Below the pieces are notes generated by a model. That model saw nothing but the letters and a program-made list of their open reading frames with translations. It made no database searches and had not been told where the DNA came from. Position numbers and translations under genes: made by a program. From Candidatus Nanohalarchaeota archaeon (lineage in GTDB: Archaea > Nanohalarchaeota > Nanosalinia > Nanosalinales > JAFCCC01): DNA of 64,000 nucleotides. The stretch lies in contig JAFCCC010000002.1 in the NCBI GenBank assembly GCA_017610385.1, positions 94,570-158,569 on the forward strand, written 5' to 3'. Every line of letters starts with the position of its first letter. Position 1 is the stretch's first letter. Below are positions 17,044 to 27,288 of the stretch, piece by piece.

Positions 17044-18927
17044 ATGGAAAGTGAAGTTCTAGAAAAATCAGGGAAGACGGTTGTTTTGTTGGGTAATGAA
17101 GCAATTGCACGAGGAGCAATGGAAGCTGGAGTTGGTGTCGTTGCTGCATATCCTGGAACACCAAGTTCTGAAGTTCCTGTAACTATGGCAGGAATAGCCA
17201 AGAAAATAGGTTTTTATTTTGAATATTCTTCAAATGAAAAAGTTGCTTTTGAAACTGCTGCGGGAGCTGCGTGGTCTGGTGTAAGAGCATTGACTACAGT
17301 TAAACATTTTGGATTAAATGTGGCTGCTGATTCTGTTTCGCCTGTCGCTTATGTAGGTGTTAAAGGTGGTTTTGTTATCATGGTAGCTGATGATCCAAAT
17401 GGATGGAGTTCAGCACAATCAGAGCAAGATACACGTTATTATGCGCGTATGTTTAAAATACCAATGTTTGAGCCAAGCAATCCCCAAGAATGTTTGGACT
17501 TTACTAAAAAATGTTTTGATATTTCTGAAGAATTTGAGATGCCGGTTTTTTTAAGAACGACAACAAAAGTAAGTCATTCGATTGGTTCTGTAAAATTAGG
17601 AAAAATTAAGAGTCCGAACAGAAGAGGTCATTTTGAGAAATCTGATCGTTATTATAATTTAAGGCCAAAACTTCAAGAAATGCATCAAGCAATTGATAAA
17701 AAATTAGATGGAATTTGCAAAAAATATTCTAAGGTTTTTAACACAATAGAAGCTGGTAAGGGAAATATTGGAATAATTGCTAGTGGTGTAAGTTATGGGT
17801 ACGCTAAAGAATTAATGCATGTTTTAAATCTAAAGGTTCCTCTTGCAAAGGTTGGGTTGAGTTTCCCTCTTTCAACAGAGTTTATTTCTAAGTTTATTAA
17901 AGGAAAGAAAGAAGTTTTAATTTTGGAAGAATTAGAATCTGTTTTGGAATCAGAAATTAATGCAATTGCCAAAAATGTTAATCCAAAAATAATTGTGCAT
18001 GGAAAGGATATTTTGCCAAATTATGGAGAATATACTCTAGAGCTTCTTGCTCCTGCTTTTGAAAAGATTTTCAAAAAGAAATTAGGAATTAACTTTAAGA
18101 AACAGCAAAAAATGGTTAAAAAAGTAGATGAGAATTTGCCACCGAGAAAACCAGTTTTTTGTCCGGGTTGTCCTCATAGATCTACCTTTTATGCAGTTAA
18201 ACAAGTTTATGGAGATAATGCGATTTATGCGGGAGATGTGGGTTGTTATGTTTTAGGAATATTTGAACCATATAAAACAATTGATTTTATGATTAGTATG
18301 GGTGCCAGTTTAGGTTTGGCGCATGGAATTTCTAGAGTAAGTGCGCAAGATATTGTTGCATTTATTGGTGATTCTACATTTTTCCACGCAGGATTACCTG
18401 CTTTAGCAAATTTGAAATTCAATGACGGAACTTCTCCATTGATTGTTGTTTTAGATAATAGCGTAACTGCAATGACCGGTCATCAACCACATCCAGGAAC
18501 AGGAAGAACTGGAATGGGGGACATAACAGAAAAGATCAAAATTGAAGACGTTGCAAAAGCTATGGGTGCTGAAGTTAGAGTTGCTAATGCATTCAATCAA
18601 AAACAACTAATTGAAACAATAAAAGAAATGAGAAAAATGAAGGGATTAAGGGTGTTGGTTAGTAGAGGAGAGTGCAGATTAGTTACAAAACGTAAATTTG
18701 AGAAACAAGGAATACCTTTACCAGTATTTGAAATAGATCCGGAAAAATGCGTCGACTGTGAAAAATATGCTAATACTTTTGCTTGCCCAGCAATAACTAA
18801 AGTTAAAGATACAAAAGGTGGTGAACCAAAATATGAAATCGATCCTGATCTTTGTTTAGGTTGTGGTGTATGTATGCAAGTATATCCAAAAGGAGCAATA
18901 CGTGTTAAAAAGGTGAATAAAAAATGA
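17044..18927 (+). CDS. iorA: indolepyruvate:ferredoxin oxidoreductase alpha subunit
   Basis: Contains GNEAIARGAMEAGVGVVAAYPGTPSSEV, a TPP-binding region GDSTFFHAG, and C-terminal ferredoxin-type Cys motifs (CVDCEK..CP, CLGCGVCMQVYP). It is followed by iorB with an ATGA overlap. Confidence 0.9.
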   Translation: MESEVLEKSGKTVVLLGNEAIARGAMEAGVGVVAAYPGTPSSEVPVTMAGIAKKIGFYFEYSSNEKVAFETAAGAAWSGVRALTTVKHFGLNVAADSVSPVAYVGVKGGFVIMVADDPNGWSSAQSEQDTRYYARMFKIPMFEPSNPQECLDFTKKCFDISEEFEMPVFLRTTTKVSHSIGSVKLGKIKSPNRRGHFEKSDRYYNLRPKLQEMHQAIDKKLDGICKKYSKVFNTIEAGKGNIGIIASGVSYGYAKELMHVLNLKVPLAKVGLSFPLSTEFISKFIKGKKEVLILEELESVLESEINAIAKNVNPKIIVHGKDILPNYGEYTLELLAPAFEKIFKKKLGINFKKQQKMVKKVDENLPPRKPVFCPGCPHRSTFYAVKQVYGDNAIYAGDVGCYVLGIFEPYKTIDFMISMGASLGLAHGISRVSAQDIVAFIGDSTFFHAGLPALANLKFNDGTSPLIVVLDNSVTAMTGHQPHPGTGRTGMGDITEKIKIEDVAKAMGAEVRVANAFNQKQLIETIKEMRKMKGLRVLVSRGECRLVTKRKFEKQGIPLPVFEIDPEKCVDCEKYANTFACPAITKVKDTKGGEPKYEIDPDLCLGCGVCMQVYPKGAIRVKKVNKK

Positions 18928-19541
18928 GTTTTAGTGTAATGTTAACTGGAGTTGGTGGAGAAGGAGTTCTAACTACGGGTGTTTTGCTTGCTAGAGCTGC
19001 CAACTTGGATAATTATTATGTTAGAGGTGTACAACTTCATGGATTAGCACAAAGAGGAGGAACAATTCCGACGTTCGTAAGATTCGGAAAAGAAAACGAA
19101 GTATATTCTCCTGCTATCATGCAGACAGATGCCGACCTAATATTAGCATTTGAACCATTGGAAGCAATTCGAGCTACATATTATGCTAGTAAGAAAAAAA
19201 CTACTTTTGTAATAAATGATTCACCATATATGCCTATTTACGGAAATTTAATGAAGTTATCATATCCGACTAAAAAAGAAGTTTTAAAAAGAATAAGCCC
19301 ATTTTCCAGAGATGTGTTTATGTTTAAGGCGTCGGAAATGGGAGAAAAACAATTTGGAAAGACACTTTTTGGAAATATTATTATACTTGGTTTTGCAGTA
19401 GGTCATGGTTTATTGCCTCTTTCTAAAGAAGCAATTAGAAAAGCAATCAAAGCCACAGTACCCAGATCTGTTGATCTTAATCTCAAGGCGTTTGAATCGG
19501 GCATAAAATATGGAAAAGGGATTGAAAAAATAATAGATTGA
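18924..19541 (+). CDS. iorB: indolepyruvate:ferredoxin oxidoreductase beta subunit
   Basis: Contains LTGVGGEGVLT. Size and position directly after iorA fit. Confidence 0.85.
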   Translation: MSFSVMLTGVGGEGVLTTGVLLARAANLDNYYVRGVQLHGLAQRGGTIPTFVRFGKENEVYSPAIMQTDADLILAFEPLEAIRATYYASKKKTTFVINDSPYMPIYGNLMKLSYPTKKEVLKRISPFSRDVFMFKASEMGEKQFGKTLFGNIIILGFAVGHGLLPLSKEAIRKAIKATVPRSVDLNLKAFESGIKYGKGIEKIID

Positions 19542-19591
19542 AAGTAAAAACAAAGGGTTTTTTAAATACGCAGTACCATTCTTAAAGTCTT

Positions 19592-20200
19592 ATGTCCATT
19601 AAATACATTATATTTGATTTTGCAGAAGTTTTTGCTAAAGGGCTTATTGGCATAGAAAAATCTATATTTGAAATTACCGGGATTCCTGAAAAATTAATTG
19701 AGAAACATTTGAGACACGAAGAACTTTATTTATTTTTTAGAGGTAAATTAACAGAAGAGCAATACTGGAAAAAAGTTATTAATCGGGGTTTAAGTGGAAT
19801 TTCAGTGGATGAACTTAAGAAAATTATAAGATATAATTTTGACGAGATTCCGGGAACTAAGAGTCTTTTGGAAACTTTAAAAAAGGCAGGATATACAATA
19901 GGATTATTATCTGATATGCCAAAAGAATGGGCAGAACAACTTGTAGTTAAGTATAACACTTTATTTTCCCTTTTCGATATAATACAGTGGTCTTATGAAA
20001 TTGGTGCGAGCAAAGAAGATGAAGACGCATTTGAAAAATTTTTGAGAAAAAGTGGTTTTATTCCTGAAGAAACATTATTTTTAGATGATCGGGAAATTAA
20101 CTTAAAAATGGCGAAAAAGCAAGGAATAAAATATACTATACAATTTAAAGACGCAAAAAGCGCTAAAAAAGAAATGTTGCTTTTGGGCATTAAACTATAG
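19592..20200 (+). CDS. HAD-like hydrolase
   Basis: Motifs YIIFDFAEVF, GLLSDMPKE and LFLDDREINLKMAKKQG follow the HAD motif order. Motif I is degenerate. Confidence 0.55.
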   Translation: MSIKYIIFDFAEVFAKGLIGIEKSIFEITGIPEKLIEKHLRHEELYLFFRGKLTEEQYWKKVINRGLSGISVDELKKIIRYNFDEIPGTKSLLETLKKAGYTIGLLSDMPKEWAEQLVVKYNTLFSLFDIIQWSYEIGASKEDEDAFEKFLRKSGFIPEETLFLDDREINLKMAKKQGIKYTIQFKDAKSAKKEMLLLGIKL

Positions 20201-20318
20201 TAGTTTACAAAAAGGAGTTTATTTTTATGCTTTAATAGTATGATTTTATATAAAATAGGCGTAAAATTTAAAAATGTTAATCTAATTACATGTATTACAA
20301 AAAAATTATATTACTAAA

Positions 20319-20852
20319 ATGGTGAAAAAAATCAGTCAAAAAGCATCTGAAAAACAATTGCAAGAAAAAATTAAAAAACTTCGAAAAGAGTTAGAAGAAA
20401 AAACAGATCTTGCCGAAGAGAGATTTACTCAATTAAAATATTTGCAAGCAGATTTTGAGAATTACCGTAAAAAATTTGAAAAAGAAAGAGAAAATATAAT
20501 AGAATTATCTAATGAGAAGCTAATAAAAGAACTTTTGGTAATACTTGATGATTTTGAAAGAGCTTTACAATCAATAAAAGATGAAAAAAACAAAGAAGGT
20601 TTAAGATTACTTTACCAAAAGTTTTTTAAAATATTAGAACAACAGGGATTAAAGAAAATTAAAACAGTGGATAAAAAATTTGATTCATATTATCATGATG
20701 TAATATCAAAAGAAAAATCAAAAAAAGATGATGGCACTATTTTAAATGAAATTCAATCAGGATATATGCTAAAATCAAAAATCATAAGACATTCAAAAGT
20801 AAAAGTTGCAGATAATAAAACTAAAATTGATGTAGGTAATAAAAATGAATGA
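20319..20852 (+). CDS. grpE: nucleotide exchange factor GrpE
   Basis: Contains a coiled-coil N-terminus and [15 protein letters not shown]. It lies upstream of dnaK with overlap. Confidence 0.85.
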   Translation: MVKKISQKASEKQLQEKIKKLRKELEEKTDLAEERFTQLKYLQADFENYRKKFEKERENIIELSNEKLIKELLVILDDFERALQSIKDEKNKEGLRLLYQKFFKILEQQGLKKIKTVDKKFDSYYHDVISKEKSKKDDGTILNEIQSGYMLKSKIIRHSKVKVADNKTKIDVGNKNE

Positions 20853-22749
20853 TAAACCAAAAAAAGAAAGAATAATTGGAATTGATTTGGGAACTTCAAA
20901 TAGTCAAGCTGCAGTTCTGATGGGTGGGAAACCTACTATTATACCGTCTGCAGAAGGCGTTACTCTTTACGGAAAATCATTTCCATCTGTTGTTGCATTT
21001 ACAGAAAATGAGGAATTATTAGTCGGGGAACCAGCAAGAAGGCAAGCCGTCTCAAATCCAGAGGGGACCATAACAGGAGCAAAAAGAAAAATGGGAACTT
21101 CCTTTAAATATAAAATTAGAGGTAAGGAATACACACCTCAACAAATATCTGCTTTTATTTTACAAAAAATAAAAAGAGACGCAGAAGCTTTTCTTGGAGA
21201 AAAAATTGAAAAAGCAGTAATAACTGTTCCAGCATATTTCAATGATAATCAAAGAACAGCTACAAAGGATGCAGGAAAAATTGCAGGTATAAATGTTGTT
21301 AGATTGGTTAATGAACCTACTGCCGCGTCTATGGCATATGGAATAGATAAAGATGGCGAGCATAAAATTTTGGTTTTTGATTTCGGCGGTGGAACTTTAG
21401 ATGTTACAGTAATGGAATTAGGAGACGGAATTTTTAGTGTTTTGTCAACCTCTGGGGATACTCATCTTGGTGGACGAGATATGGACGAAAGTCTAACAAA
21501 GTTCATAGTCGATGATTTCAAAAGCAGAGAAGGAGTAGATCTTACTAAGGATGATTCAGCGATGCAGAGAATAAACGAAGCTGCGGAAAAAGCGAAAATT
21601 GAATTATCAAACGTAGTAGAAACAGAAATTAATTTGCCATATATAACTGCAACAGATAAAGGTCCGAAACATTTGGTAATGAAAATAACTAGAGCCAATT
21701 TAGAAAAATTAGTTAAACCAATAATTGAAAAATGTGAACATCCACTACAACAAGCAATAAAAGATGCTAAATTATCAAAAGATAAAATAGATAAAATTAT
21801 TTTAGTTGGTGGACCTACTCGAATGCCTATTGTTCAAAAATTTATTGAAGAAAAAATAGGGAAAAAAGCAGGAAGGGGTATTGATCCAATGGAGTGTGTC
21901 GCGCAGGGCGCAGCAATACAAGGAGCGGTTCTTTCCGGTGAAATAAAAGATTTGGTTCTTTTAGATGTTATACCCTTAACATTAGGAATAGAAACTTTAG
22001 GCGGTGTAAGGACGTCATTAATAGATAGAAATACTACCATTCCAACCAAAAAGAGTCAAATATTCTCAACAGCGGCTGATAATCAAACTGCAGTCACAAT
22101 TCATGTTTTACAAGGAGAAAGATCAATGGCGACAGATAACACTAGTTTAGGACAATTTAATTTAGTCGGAATTCCTCCTGCACCACGTGGAATTCCTCAA
22201 ATAGAAGTTACATTTGACATTGATGCGAATGGAATTCTAAATGTTTCTGCAAAAGATTTGGGAACTGGCAAAGAGCAAAAAATAACTATTGCTGCATCAA
22301 CAAAATTATCTGACGAAGAAGTTGAGAAAATGGTTAAAAATGCAGAAAAATATGAAGACGAAGATAAAAAAAAGAAAGAAGAAATCGAAGTTAGAAATAA
22401 TGCAGATTCTCTAATATACACAACTGAAAAAACACTTTCAGATTTGGGAGATAAATTAAGTAAAAAACAGAAGGATGAAATCTCAGCTGCTTTGAAAACG
22501 GCAAAAGAGGCATTAGAAGGAAAAGATATAGATAAAATAAAGAAAGAAACAGAGAATTTACAAAAAATTATACAAGAAGCAGGAGCTTCAATATATCAGG
22601 AAGCCGCAAAAAAAGCTGCAGAAGAACAATCAAACCAAAAAACAGAAGCAGAAAGTGAAAATTCGGAAAATAAAACCTCAAAGGAAAAAAATAAAGATGA
22701 AAAAGTAGTAGATGCTGATTTTAAGGTTGAAAAAGACGAGAAAAAATAA
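20845..22749 (+). CDS. dnaK: Hsp70 chaperone DnaK
   Basis: Contains [31 protein letters not shown] and an acidic EEK-rich tail. Confidence 0.97.
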   Translation: MNDKPKKERIIGIDLGTSNSQAAVLMGGKPTIIPSAEGVTLYGKSFPSVVAFTENEELLVGEPARRQAVSNPEGTITGAKRKMGTSFKYKIRGKEYTPQQISAFILQKIKRDAEAFLGEKIEKAVITVPAYFNDNQRTATKDAGKIAGINVVRLVNEPTAASMAYGIDKDGEHKILVFDFGGGTLDVTVMELGDGIFSVLSTSGDTHLGGRDMDESLTKFIVDDFKSREGVDLTKDDSAMQRINEAAEKAKIELSNVVETEINLPYITATDKGPKHLVMKITRANLEKLVKPIIEKCEHPLQQAIKDAKLSKDKIDKIILVGGPTRMPIVQKFIEEKIGKKAGRGIDPMECVAQGAAIQGAVLSGEIKDLVLLDVIPLTLGIETLGGVRTSLIDRNTTIPTKKSQIFSTAADNQTAVTIHVLQGERSMATDNTSLGQFNLVGIPPAPRGIPQIEVTFDIDANGILNVSAKDLGTGKEQKITIAASTKLSDEEVEKMVKNAEKYEDEDKKKKEEIEVRNNADSLIYTTEKTLSDLGDKLSKKQKDEISAALKTAKEALEGKDIDKIKKETENLQKIIQEAGASIYQEAAKKAAEEQSNQKTEAESENSENKTSKEKNKDEKVVDADFKVEKDEKK

Positions 22750-22831
22750 TTGTTCTCAAAAATGTAAATAAACCCGCATATACCATTATTGAAGATTAAA
22801 ATTTATGAGTCTAAATATGAGTTGACGCTCT

Positions 22832-23944
22832 ATGACAAAAAAAGACTATTATAAAATTCTAGGCATAAGTAAAACAGCGTCACAAGAGGAAATTAAAAAA
22901 GCATTTAGGCATCTAGCTAGAAAATATCATCCAGATATTGCGGGAAAAGATTCTGAAGAAAAATTTAAAGAAATAAATGAAGCGTTTCAGGTTTTAAATG
23001 ATCCACAAAAAAGGGCACAATATGATCAATTTGGTCATGCTGCATTTAAACCAGGAGATTTTAGTGGATTTAGATGGTCTAATTTTGAAGATTTATTTAG
23101 GGATTCTGGTTTTGGAGATATATTTGATATTTTTTCAGGGGCCAGAGGTAGAACAAGAAATAATCCAGAACAGGGAGAGGATTTAAAGTATGAGTTAGAA
23201 ATAACATTGGAGGATGCTTTTTCTGGTTTAGATAAAAAAATAAAGGTTCCTAAAGTTGTTCTTTGTGAAGAGTGCGGTGGTAGTGGTGCAAAACCAGGTT
23301 CTCTTAAAACCTGTCCAAAGTGTCAGGGCAGTGGTAGACTTAGAAGAGTCCAGAGATCCGCGTTTGCACAGCTTGTGAATGTTGTCACGTGTGATGAATG
23401 TGGTGGTTCTGGAAAAATAACAGAAACGCCCTGTAAACACTGCAATGGGACTGGAAGAATCAAAAAAACAAGCATAATAACTGTTAAAATACCCCGAGGA
23501 GTAGATAATGAGTCTTATTTGCGAGTTACAGGTCAAGGAAATGCAGGGTATAATGGTGGTCCTTCAGGCGATTTATATGTGGCTATTAATATAAAATCAC
23601 ATTCAATTTTTGATAGATATGAAAATGATTTATTTTGCAAAACGACAATTTCTTTGGGACAGGCGATTTTCGGCACAGAAATAGAGATTCCAACCATAGA
23701 TGGTAAAGCGAAATTAAAAATTCCTGTTGGAACACAAAGTCACACCATTTTTAAACTAAAAAATCAAGGCATGCCTGACGTACACACTAAAAAAAGAGGT
23801 AATCAACTAGTAAAAGTTGTTGTAAAAATTCCTGACAAATTAAACAAAAACCAAAGAATCATTTTACAAAAATTTGTTGATCTGAACGAAGAAAAAATTA
23901 AAACAACAAAAGGATTTTTTGATAAGATAAAAAAACACATTTGA
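22832..23944 (+). CDS. dnaJ: Hsp40 co-chaperone DnaJ
   Basis: Contains a J domain (DYYKILGI...KYHPD), a G/F region and four CxxCxGxG zinc motifs. Confidence 0.95.
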   Translation: MTKKDYYKILGISKTASQEEIKKAFRHLARKYHPDIAGKDSEEKFKEINEAFQVLNDPQKRAQYDQFGHAAFKPGDFSGFRWSNFEDLFRDSGFGDIFDIFSGARGRTRNNPEQGEDLKYELEITLEDAFSGLDKKIKVPKVVLCEECGGSGAKPGSLKTCPKCQGSGRLRRVQRSAFAQLVNVVTCDECGGSGKITETPCKHCNGTGRIKKTSIITVKIPRGVDNESYLRVTGQGNAGYNGGPSGDLYVAINIKSHSIFDRYENDLFCKTTISLGQAIFGTEIEIPTIDGKAKLKIPVGTQSHTIFKLKNQGMPDVHTKKRGNQLVKVVVKIPDKLNKNQRIILQKFVDLNEEKIKTTKGFFDKIKKHI

Positions 23945-23980
23945 ATTAATTTTTCAGGCGTAATTCCTTAGCTCTGTGTA

Positions 23981-24721
23981 TCACATATATTGTGCGAATA
24001 ACTCATTCTGTTTAATAACCTTTATTAAATCTCGGGAGAATCCTGTTTCTATAAGTTCACTTGTGTTTCCTATTGCTTCTTCAAAGTCTTCATCAAAATG
24101 TATTGAACCTAAAAAAGCCACATCAAACATTTTCAGTTGATTTTTCACTAATGAAAGATTTGTAGTTTTCATATTTTCCAGAATGCCTAAAATAGGAATC
24201 TTTAGCTCTTTCAGCAGTTTTAACATTTTTTTGACAATTTCTAATGTCACTTTTGATTGTGTAGTTACTATCAGGAACTCGATTTTTTTTATCAGACGAA
24301 TTACGTCCATGGTTGTATCCCCAATGCCAGGGGGCATATCTATGATTAAAAAATCTAATTTATCCCAAATAGTAATTGCTAATAATTCTATTAACGCATT
24401 TGAAATATCAATACCTCTTACAGGCAATGGTTTGTCGCTAGCATAATATATAATTGACATAAACTTAATGCCATGAATTTCCGGGGGAATAACTCCATTT
24501 TTTTCTTCTGGGAAAACATTACCAATATTTAATATAGTATGATCTGATGGACCACAAAAATCTAAATCCATCAAACCAACCTTATGACCGGTTTTAGATA
24601 AATTTAGAGCCAAAACAGAAGCAACTGAACTTTTACCAATTCCTCCTTTGCCACCAGAGACTGCAATTATTCTTTTTATGTTTTTTAATCTTTCATCAAT
24701 GATGTTTATCCTTGCGTCCAT
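23981..24721 (-). CDS. Mrp/MinD-family P-loop ATPase (ATPase-type HypB candidate)
   Basis: Contains the deviant Walker A VSGGKGGIGKSS. It lies immediately downstream of hypA on the same strand with a 2-nt gap. Confidence 0.75.
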   Translation of the reverse strand: MDARINIIDERLKNIKRIIAVSGGKGGIGKSSVASVLALNLSKTGHKVGLMDLDFCGPSDHTILNIGNVFPEEKNGVIPPEIHGIKFMSIIYYASDKPLPVRGIDISNALIELLAITIWDKLDFLIIDMPPGIGDTTMDVIRLIKKIEFLIVTTQSKVTLEIVKKMLKLLKELKIPILGILENMKTTNLSLVKNQLKMFDVAFLGSIHFDEDFEEAIGNTSELIETGFSRDLIKVIKQNELFAQYM

Positions 24722-24723
24722 AA

Positions 24724-25128
24724 TTAATTCACTCCTTTAATAGAATCTACCCAGACTCCGCGTCCTTTTATTATTTCGAAATCTGGGCTTTTACACTTAG
24801 GACATTTGATATAAATATGAGAAACTTCAGGAACAAAATGAATAAGCTCTGCTTCATCGTCATTTAGACTTGCTAGAGCATCACGGAAATTCCAGACATG
24901 GTTACAAACTCTACATTTTAAAATGGCGTCTTCTATTTTGATTTTTATTTTTGCGTCTATTTTCTTGAATTGGGCGATTTCATGAAGAGCAAATTCAAAA
25001 ATCTTCTGATCAATTTGCTGTAATTTACCAAGTTTAACACTAATTTCAGTTATTTTTTTGAGTTTATTTTCATTCTGATATTTAATTGCAGTATAAATTA
25101 CTGCCTGTGCCAAGGACCATTCGTGCAT
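24724..25128 (-). CDS. hypA: hydrogenase nickel-insertion protein HypA
   Basis: Contains the N-terminal MHEWSLAQ and the zinc motifs CRVCNHVW and CPKCKSPDFEIIKGRG. Confidence 0.85.
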   Translation of the reverse strand: MHEWSLAQAVIYTAIKYQNENKLKKITEISVKLGKLQQIDQKIFEFALHEIAQFKKIDAKIKIKIEDAILKCRVCNHVWNFRDALASLNDDEAELIHFVPEVSHIYIKCPKCKSPDFEIIKGRGVWVDSIKGVN

Positions 25129-25184
25129 AGTATATTACTCCAATCTGATTTGTATTTTCATTAATGTAAAGGCATTTGACAAAA

Positions 25185-25463
25185 TTATTTTGGCCGCCAA
25201 GTGTATACGGCATCATGATGATCAAAATAGTAAACTTCTATAACCTTGCGATTATGATCTATGTGAAATATCAGAACAAAGTGCTTATCAATATGAACTC
25301 TATTGAACTTATTAAGTGGTTTTCTTAAGACTTTGTAACCTGACGAATTTTTTCGAATTTCTTGTATTTTTTTATCAATAATTAGTAATTGTTTCGGATT
25401 CTTCTTTGCTAACTTTGAAAATATCTTATCAGCTTCGGGTTTGATTTCTAAATCATACATCAA
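25185..25463 (-). CDS. RelE/ParE-superfamily toxin
   Basis: 92 aa. Contains ..FSKLAKKNPKQ...I.KKI.EI..N.....VLRKPL..F.RVHIDKHFVLIF.ID...K.IEV..FDHHD. It is paired with an upstream small antitoxin gene. Confidence 0.6.
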   Translation of the reverse strand: MMYDLEIKPEADKIFSKLAKKNPKQLLIIDKKIQEIRKNSSGYKVLRKPLNKFNRVHIDKHFVLIFHIDHNRKVIEVYYFDHHDAVYTWRPK

Positions 25464-25480
25464 TTACCAGCTCTTTTTTA

Positions 25481-25717
25481 TCAACTTCTTAGTCCATATC
25501 GCTTTGCAAAATTAGTGACTTTTATACTTTTCTGCTTTTTAATTTCTTTTATTTTTAGAATAAATTCAGGTTTCAATTCCGGCTCGTTTTCAAAGTCAAT
25601 ATATTCAGAAACCACAAATTCAATAGCGGCTCCCTTATCGTTAAGTCCAAATTTTGCCTTAACAATATTTAATACACGATTTGTATTATCATTAATTTCA
25701 ACAAGTGCTTGTACCAT
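25481..25717 (-). CDS. antitoxin (archaeal RelB-like)
   Basis: 78 aa containing NTNRVLNIVKAKFGLNDKGAAIEFVVSEY. It lies directly upstream of the toxin gene on the same strand. Confidence 0.55.
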   Translation of the reverse strand: MVQALVEINDNTNRVLNIVKAKFGLNDKGAAIEFVVSEYIDFENEPELKPEFILKIKEIKKQKSIKVTNFAKRYGLRS

Positions 25718-25999
25718 CTTAGTTCACCTAAGTTCGTATAATCTTCGCTTAGTTATAAGCTTTTCTGTTAGGCCCTTTGTTTTATTTTGGTGGAAAGAAT
25801 GTGGATATAACACATCATGCGTAAACGAGGTTATGGATGTATAGAGCAATTTTGGAGAGTGAAGTGCAACGAGCGAACCGGTTAATTGTTGTTATGGTCT
25901 CTGAACTAAGTGAAGGTCGAGAATTTTTCTAAAAGAAAATTCGGAGGAGCCTCAAGGCGGTGAGAAGTATTTAAAAGACTTCCATTTTATCTATGTAAT

Positions 26000-26686
26000 A
26001 TGTCAAAGCTCTATGATTTATTAAACAATTATTATGGCTCAAAAGGAGCGTGGGTAGAAGTAGAGGCAGTTTTCAAAGAAGAAGGAATACAAATTAATAT
26101 GAATGATATGTATAATCCATTCAAAAACCTTATTATAGGTATTCTCTCACAAAATACAAGTGATAGAAATAGCACGCGAGCTTATATTGGTTTATCAAAC
26201 CAATTCAAAATAACACCCACTGAACTATCTAACGCATCAATTAATAAAATACGCGATTCAATTAAAGCAGGCGGATTATATAATATGAAAGCTAAACGAA
26301 TCAAAGAGCTCGCACAAACTGTTTTGAAAAGATTTCATGGTGACCTATCTACAATAACCAAATTGCCAAAAAATAAAGCGAGAGAAGCCCTGCTAAATCT
26401 AAAAGGAATTGGTGTGAAAACTGCTGATGTGTTTCTAGCTTATTGTATGAACCAAGATACATTACCAATAGATACAAATATTGAGCGCGTTGCTAAACGA
26501 ATTGGGATCACTAAATGTGGGGTAAAATATGGGGAAATACAAAAAGCACTCGCTAAAGTTATTCCGCCCATGCGACGTGCCAGAGGACATGAACTTTTAA
26601 TCAGATTGGGAAGAGATTTTTGTAAAGCACAAAAACCCCTGTGTAACAAATGTCCTGTAATTTCTATATGCAAGAAACAGCTTTGA
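26000..26686 (+). CDS. nth: endonuclease III-family HhH-GPD DNA glycosylase
   Basis: Contains the HhH motif LLNLKGIGVKTADVFL, a catalytic D in the PIDTNI region, and the 4Fe-4S loop CKAQKPLCNKCPVISIC (C-x6-C-x2-C-x5-C). Confidence 0.85.
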   Translation: MSKLYDLLNNYYGSKGAWVEVEAVFKEEGIQINMNDMYNPFKNLIIGILSQNTSDRNSTRAYIGLSNQFKITPTELSNASINKIRDSIKAGGLYNMKAKRIKELAQTVLKRFHGDLSTITKLPKNKAREALLNLKGIGVKTADVFLAYCMNQDTLPIDTNIERVAKRIGITKCGVKYGEIQKALAKVIPPMRRARGHELLIRLGRDFCKAQKPLCNKCPVISICKKQL

Positions 26687-26727
26687 CAGGGCTGCCGAGC
26701 AATTGCATTTAACATCGGGATTATACG

Positions 26728-26832
26728 AAGTTCAAATCCCCTCGTAAGAAAAATCTCCCTCGACTTGTCAGAGTTGGAGATTTTTTGATACAGAGTTGGG
26801 ATTTGAATTTGGGTCGAGAGCCTGCAAGGCTC
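26728..26832. other. nested inverted repeat / candidate structured RNA in the nth-deaminase spacer
   Basis: A 13-bp outer stem pairs 26728-26740 with 26798-26810. A 10-bp inner stem pairs 26749-26758 with 26776-26785. A further hairpin lies at 26818-26832. The outer arms look like tRNA T-arm sequence (GTTCAAATCCC). Confidence 0.4.
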
Positions 26833-26871
26833 GAGCCGTATAAGCCATGTTAAATCCGCCTTAGTAGTGTT

Positions 26872-27288
26872 ATGACAGATGAAAAGTATATGAAAATAGC
26901 TATCGAAGAAGCAAAGAAAGGCGATTTTTCATTTGGAGTGGTGATTGTTAAAGATAATGAAATTCTTGCCAAAACTCACAATACTGCATCATTAGATCCA
27001 ACCGCCCATGCTGAAATAAATGCAATAAGAGAAGCATGTAAAAAATTAGGAAATATAGATTTGAGCGGTTGCACTTTGTATTCTACTTGTGAGCCTTGCC
27101 CGATGTGTTTTACAGCTTGCTGGTGGGCAAGAATTTCTAAAATAGTTTATGGGGCAGAAGGAGAGGATGTCCCAGAAGATGAATGGAAAATCGACGTTAA
27201 GTGTAGCTATTTGAATGAAAAATCTGGAAATAAAATAGAAATTAAGGGCGGATTTCTAAGAGATGAATGCCTTAAATTGTTTAACTAA
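26872..27288 (+). CDS. CMP/dCMP-type zinc deaminase (TadA/guanine deaminase-like)
   Basis: Contains the HAEINAIREA and CEPCPMC zinc-binding motifs. Confidence 0.8.
   Translation: MTDEKYMKIAIEEAKKGDFSFGVVIVKDNEILAKTHNTASLDPTAHAEINAIREACKKLGNIDLSGCTLYSTCEPCPMCFTACWWARISKIVYGAEGEDVPEDEWKIDVKCSYLNEKSGNKIEIKGGFLRDECLKLFN

Noticed and set aside
20319-23944. grpE-dnaK-dnaJ as something unusual for an archaeon.
   Set aside because: Bacterial-type Hsp70 operons acquired by archaea are well established, so this is ordinary.
25515-25844. Plus-strand 109-aa ORF.
   Set aside because: It is antisense to the antitoxin gene of TA pair 2. The minus-strand toxin/antitoxin pair has recognisable motifs.
25850-25990. 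Repeated agtgaag motif and an 8-bp hairpin (gaattttc-taaaa-gaaaattc) in the spacer upstream of nth. These raised the possibility of an sRNA or SRP/RNase P RNA.
   Set aside because: I could not recognise any conserved SRP or RNase P core motif. The region is a divergent promoter spacer, and the evidence is too thin to call a feature.
26813-26836. A stem-loop with a 7-nt loop readable as an anticodon arm: GCA (Cys) on the plus strand or TGC (Ala) on the minus strand.
   Set aside because: No acceptor, D or T arms can be assembled around it on either strand, even allowing introns. It is treated as part of the structured spacer element.
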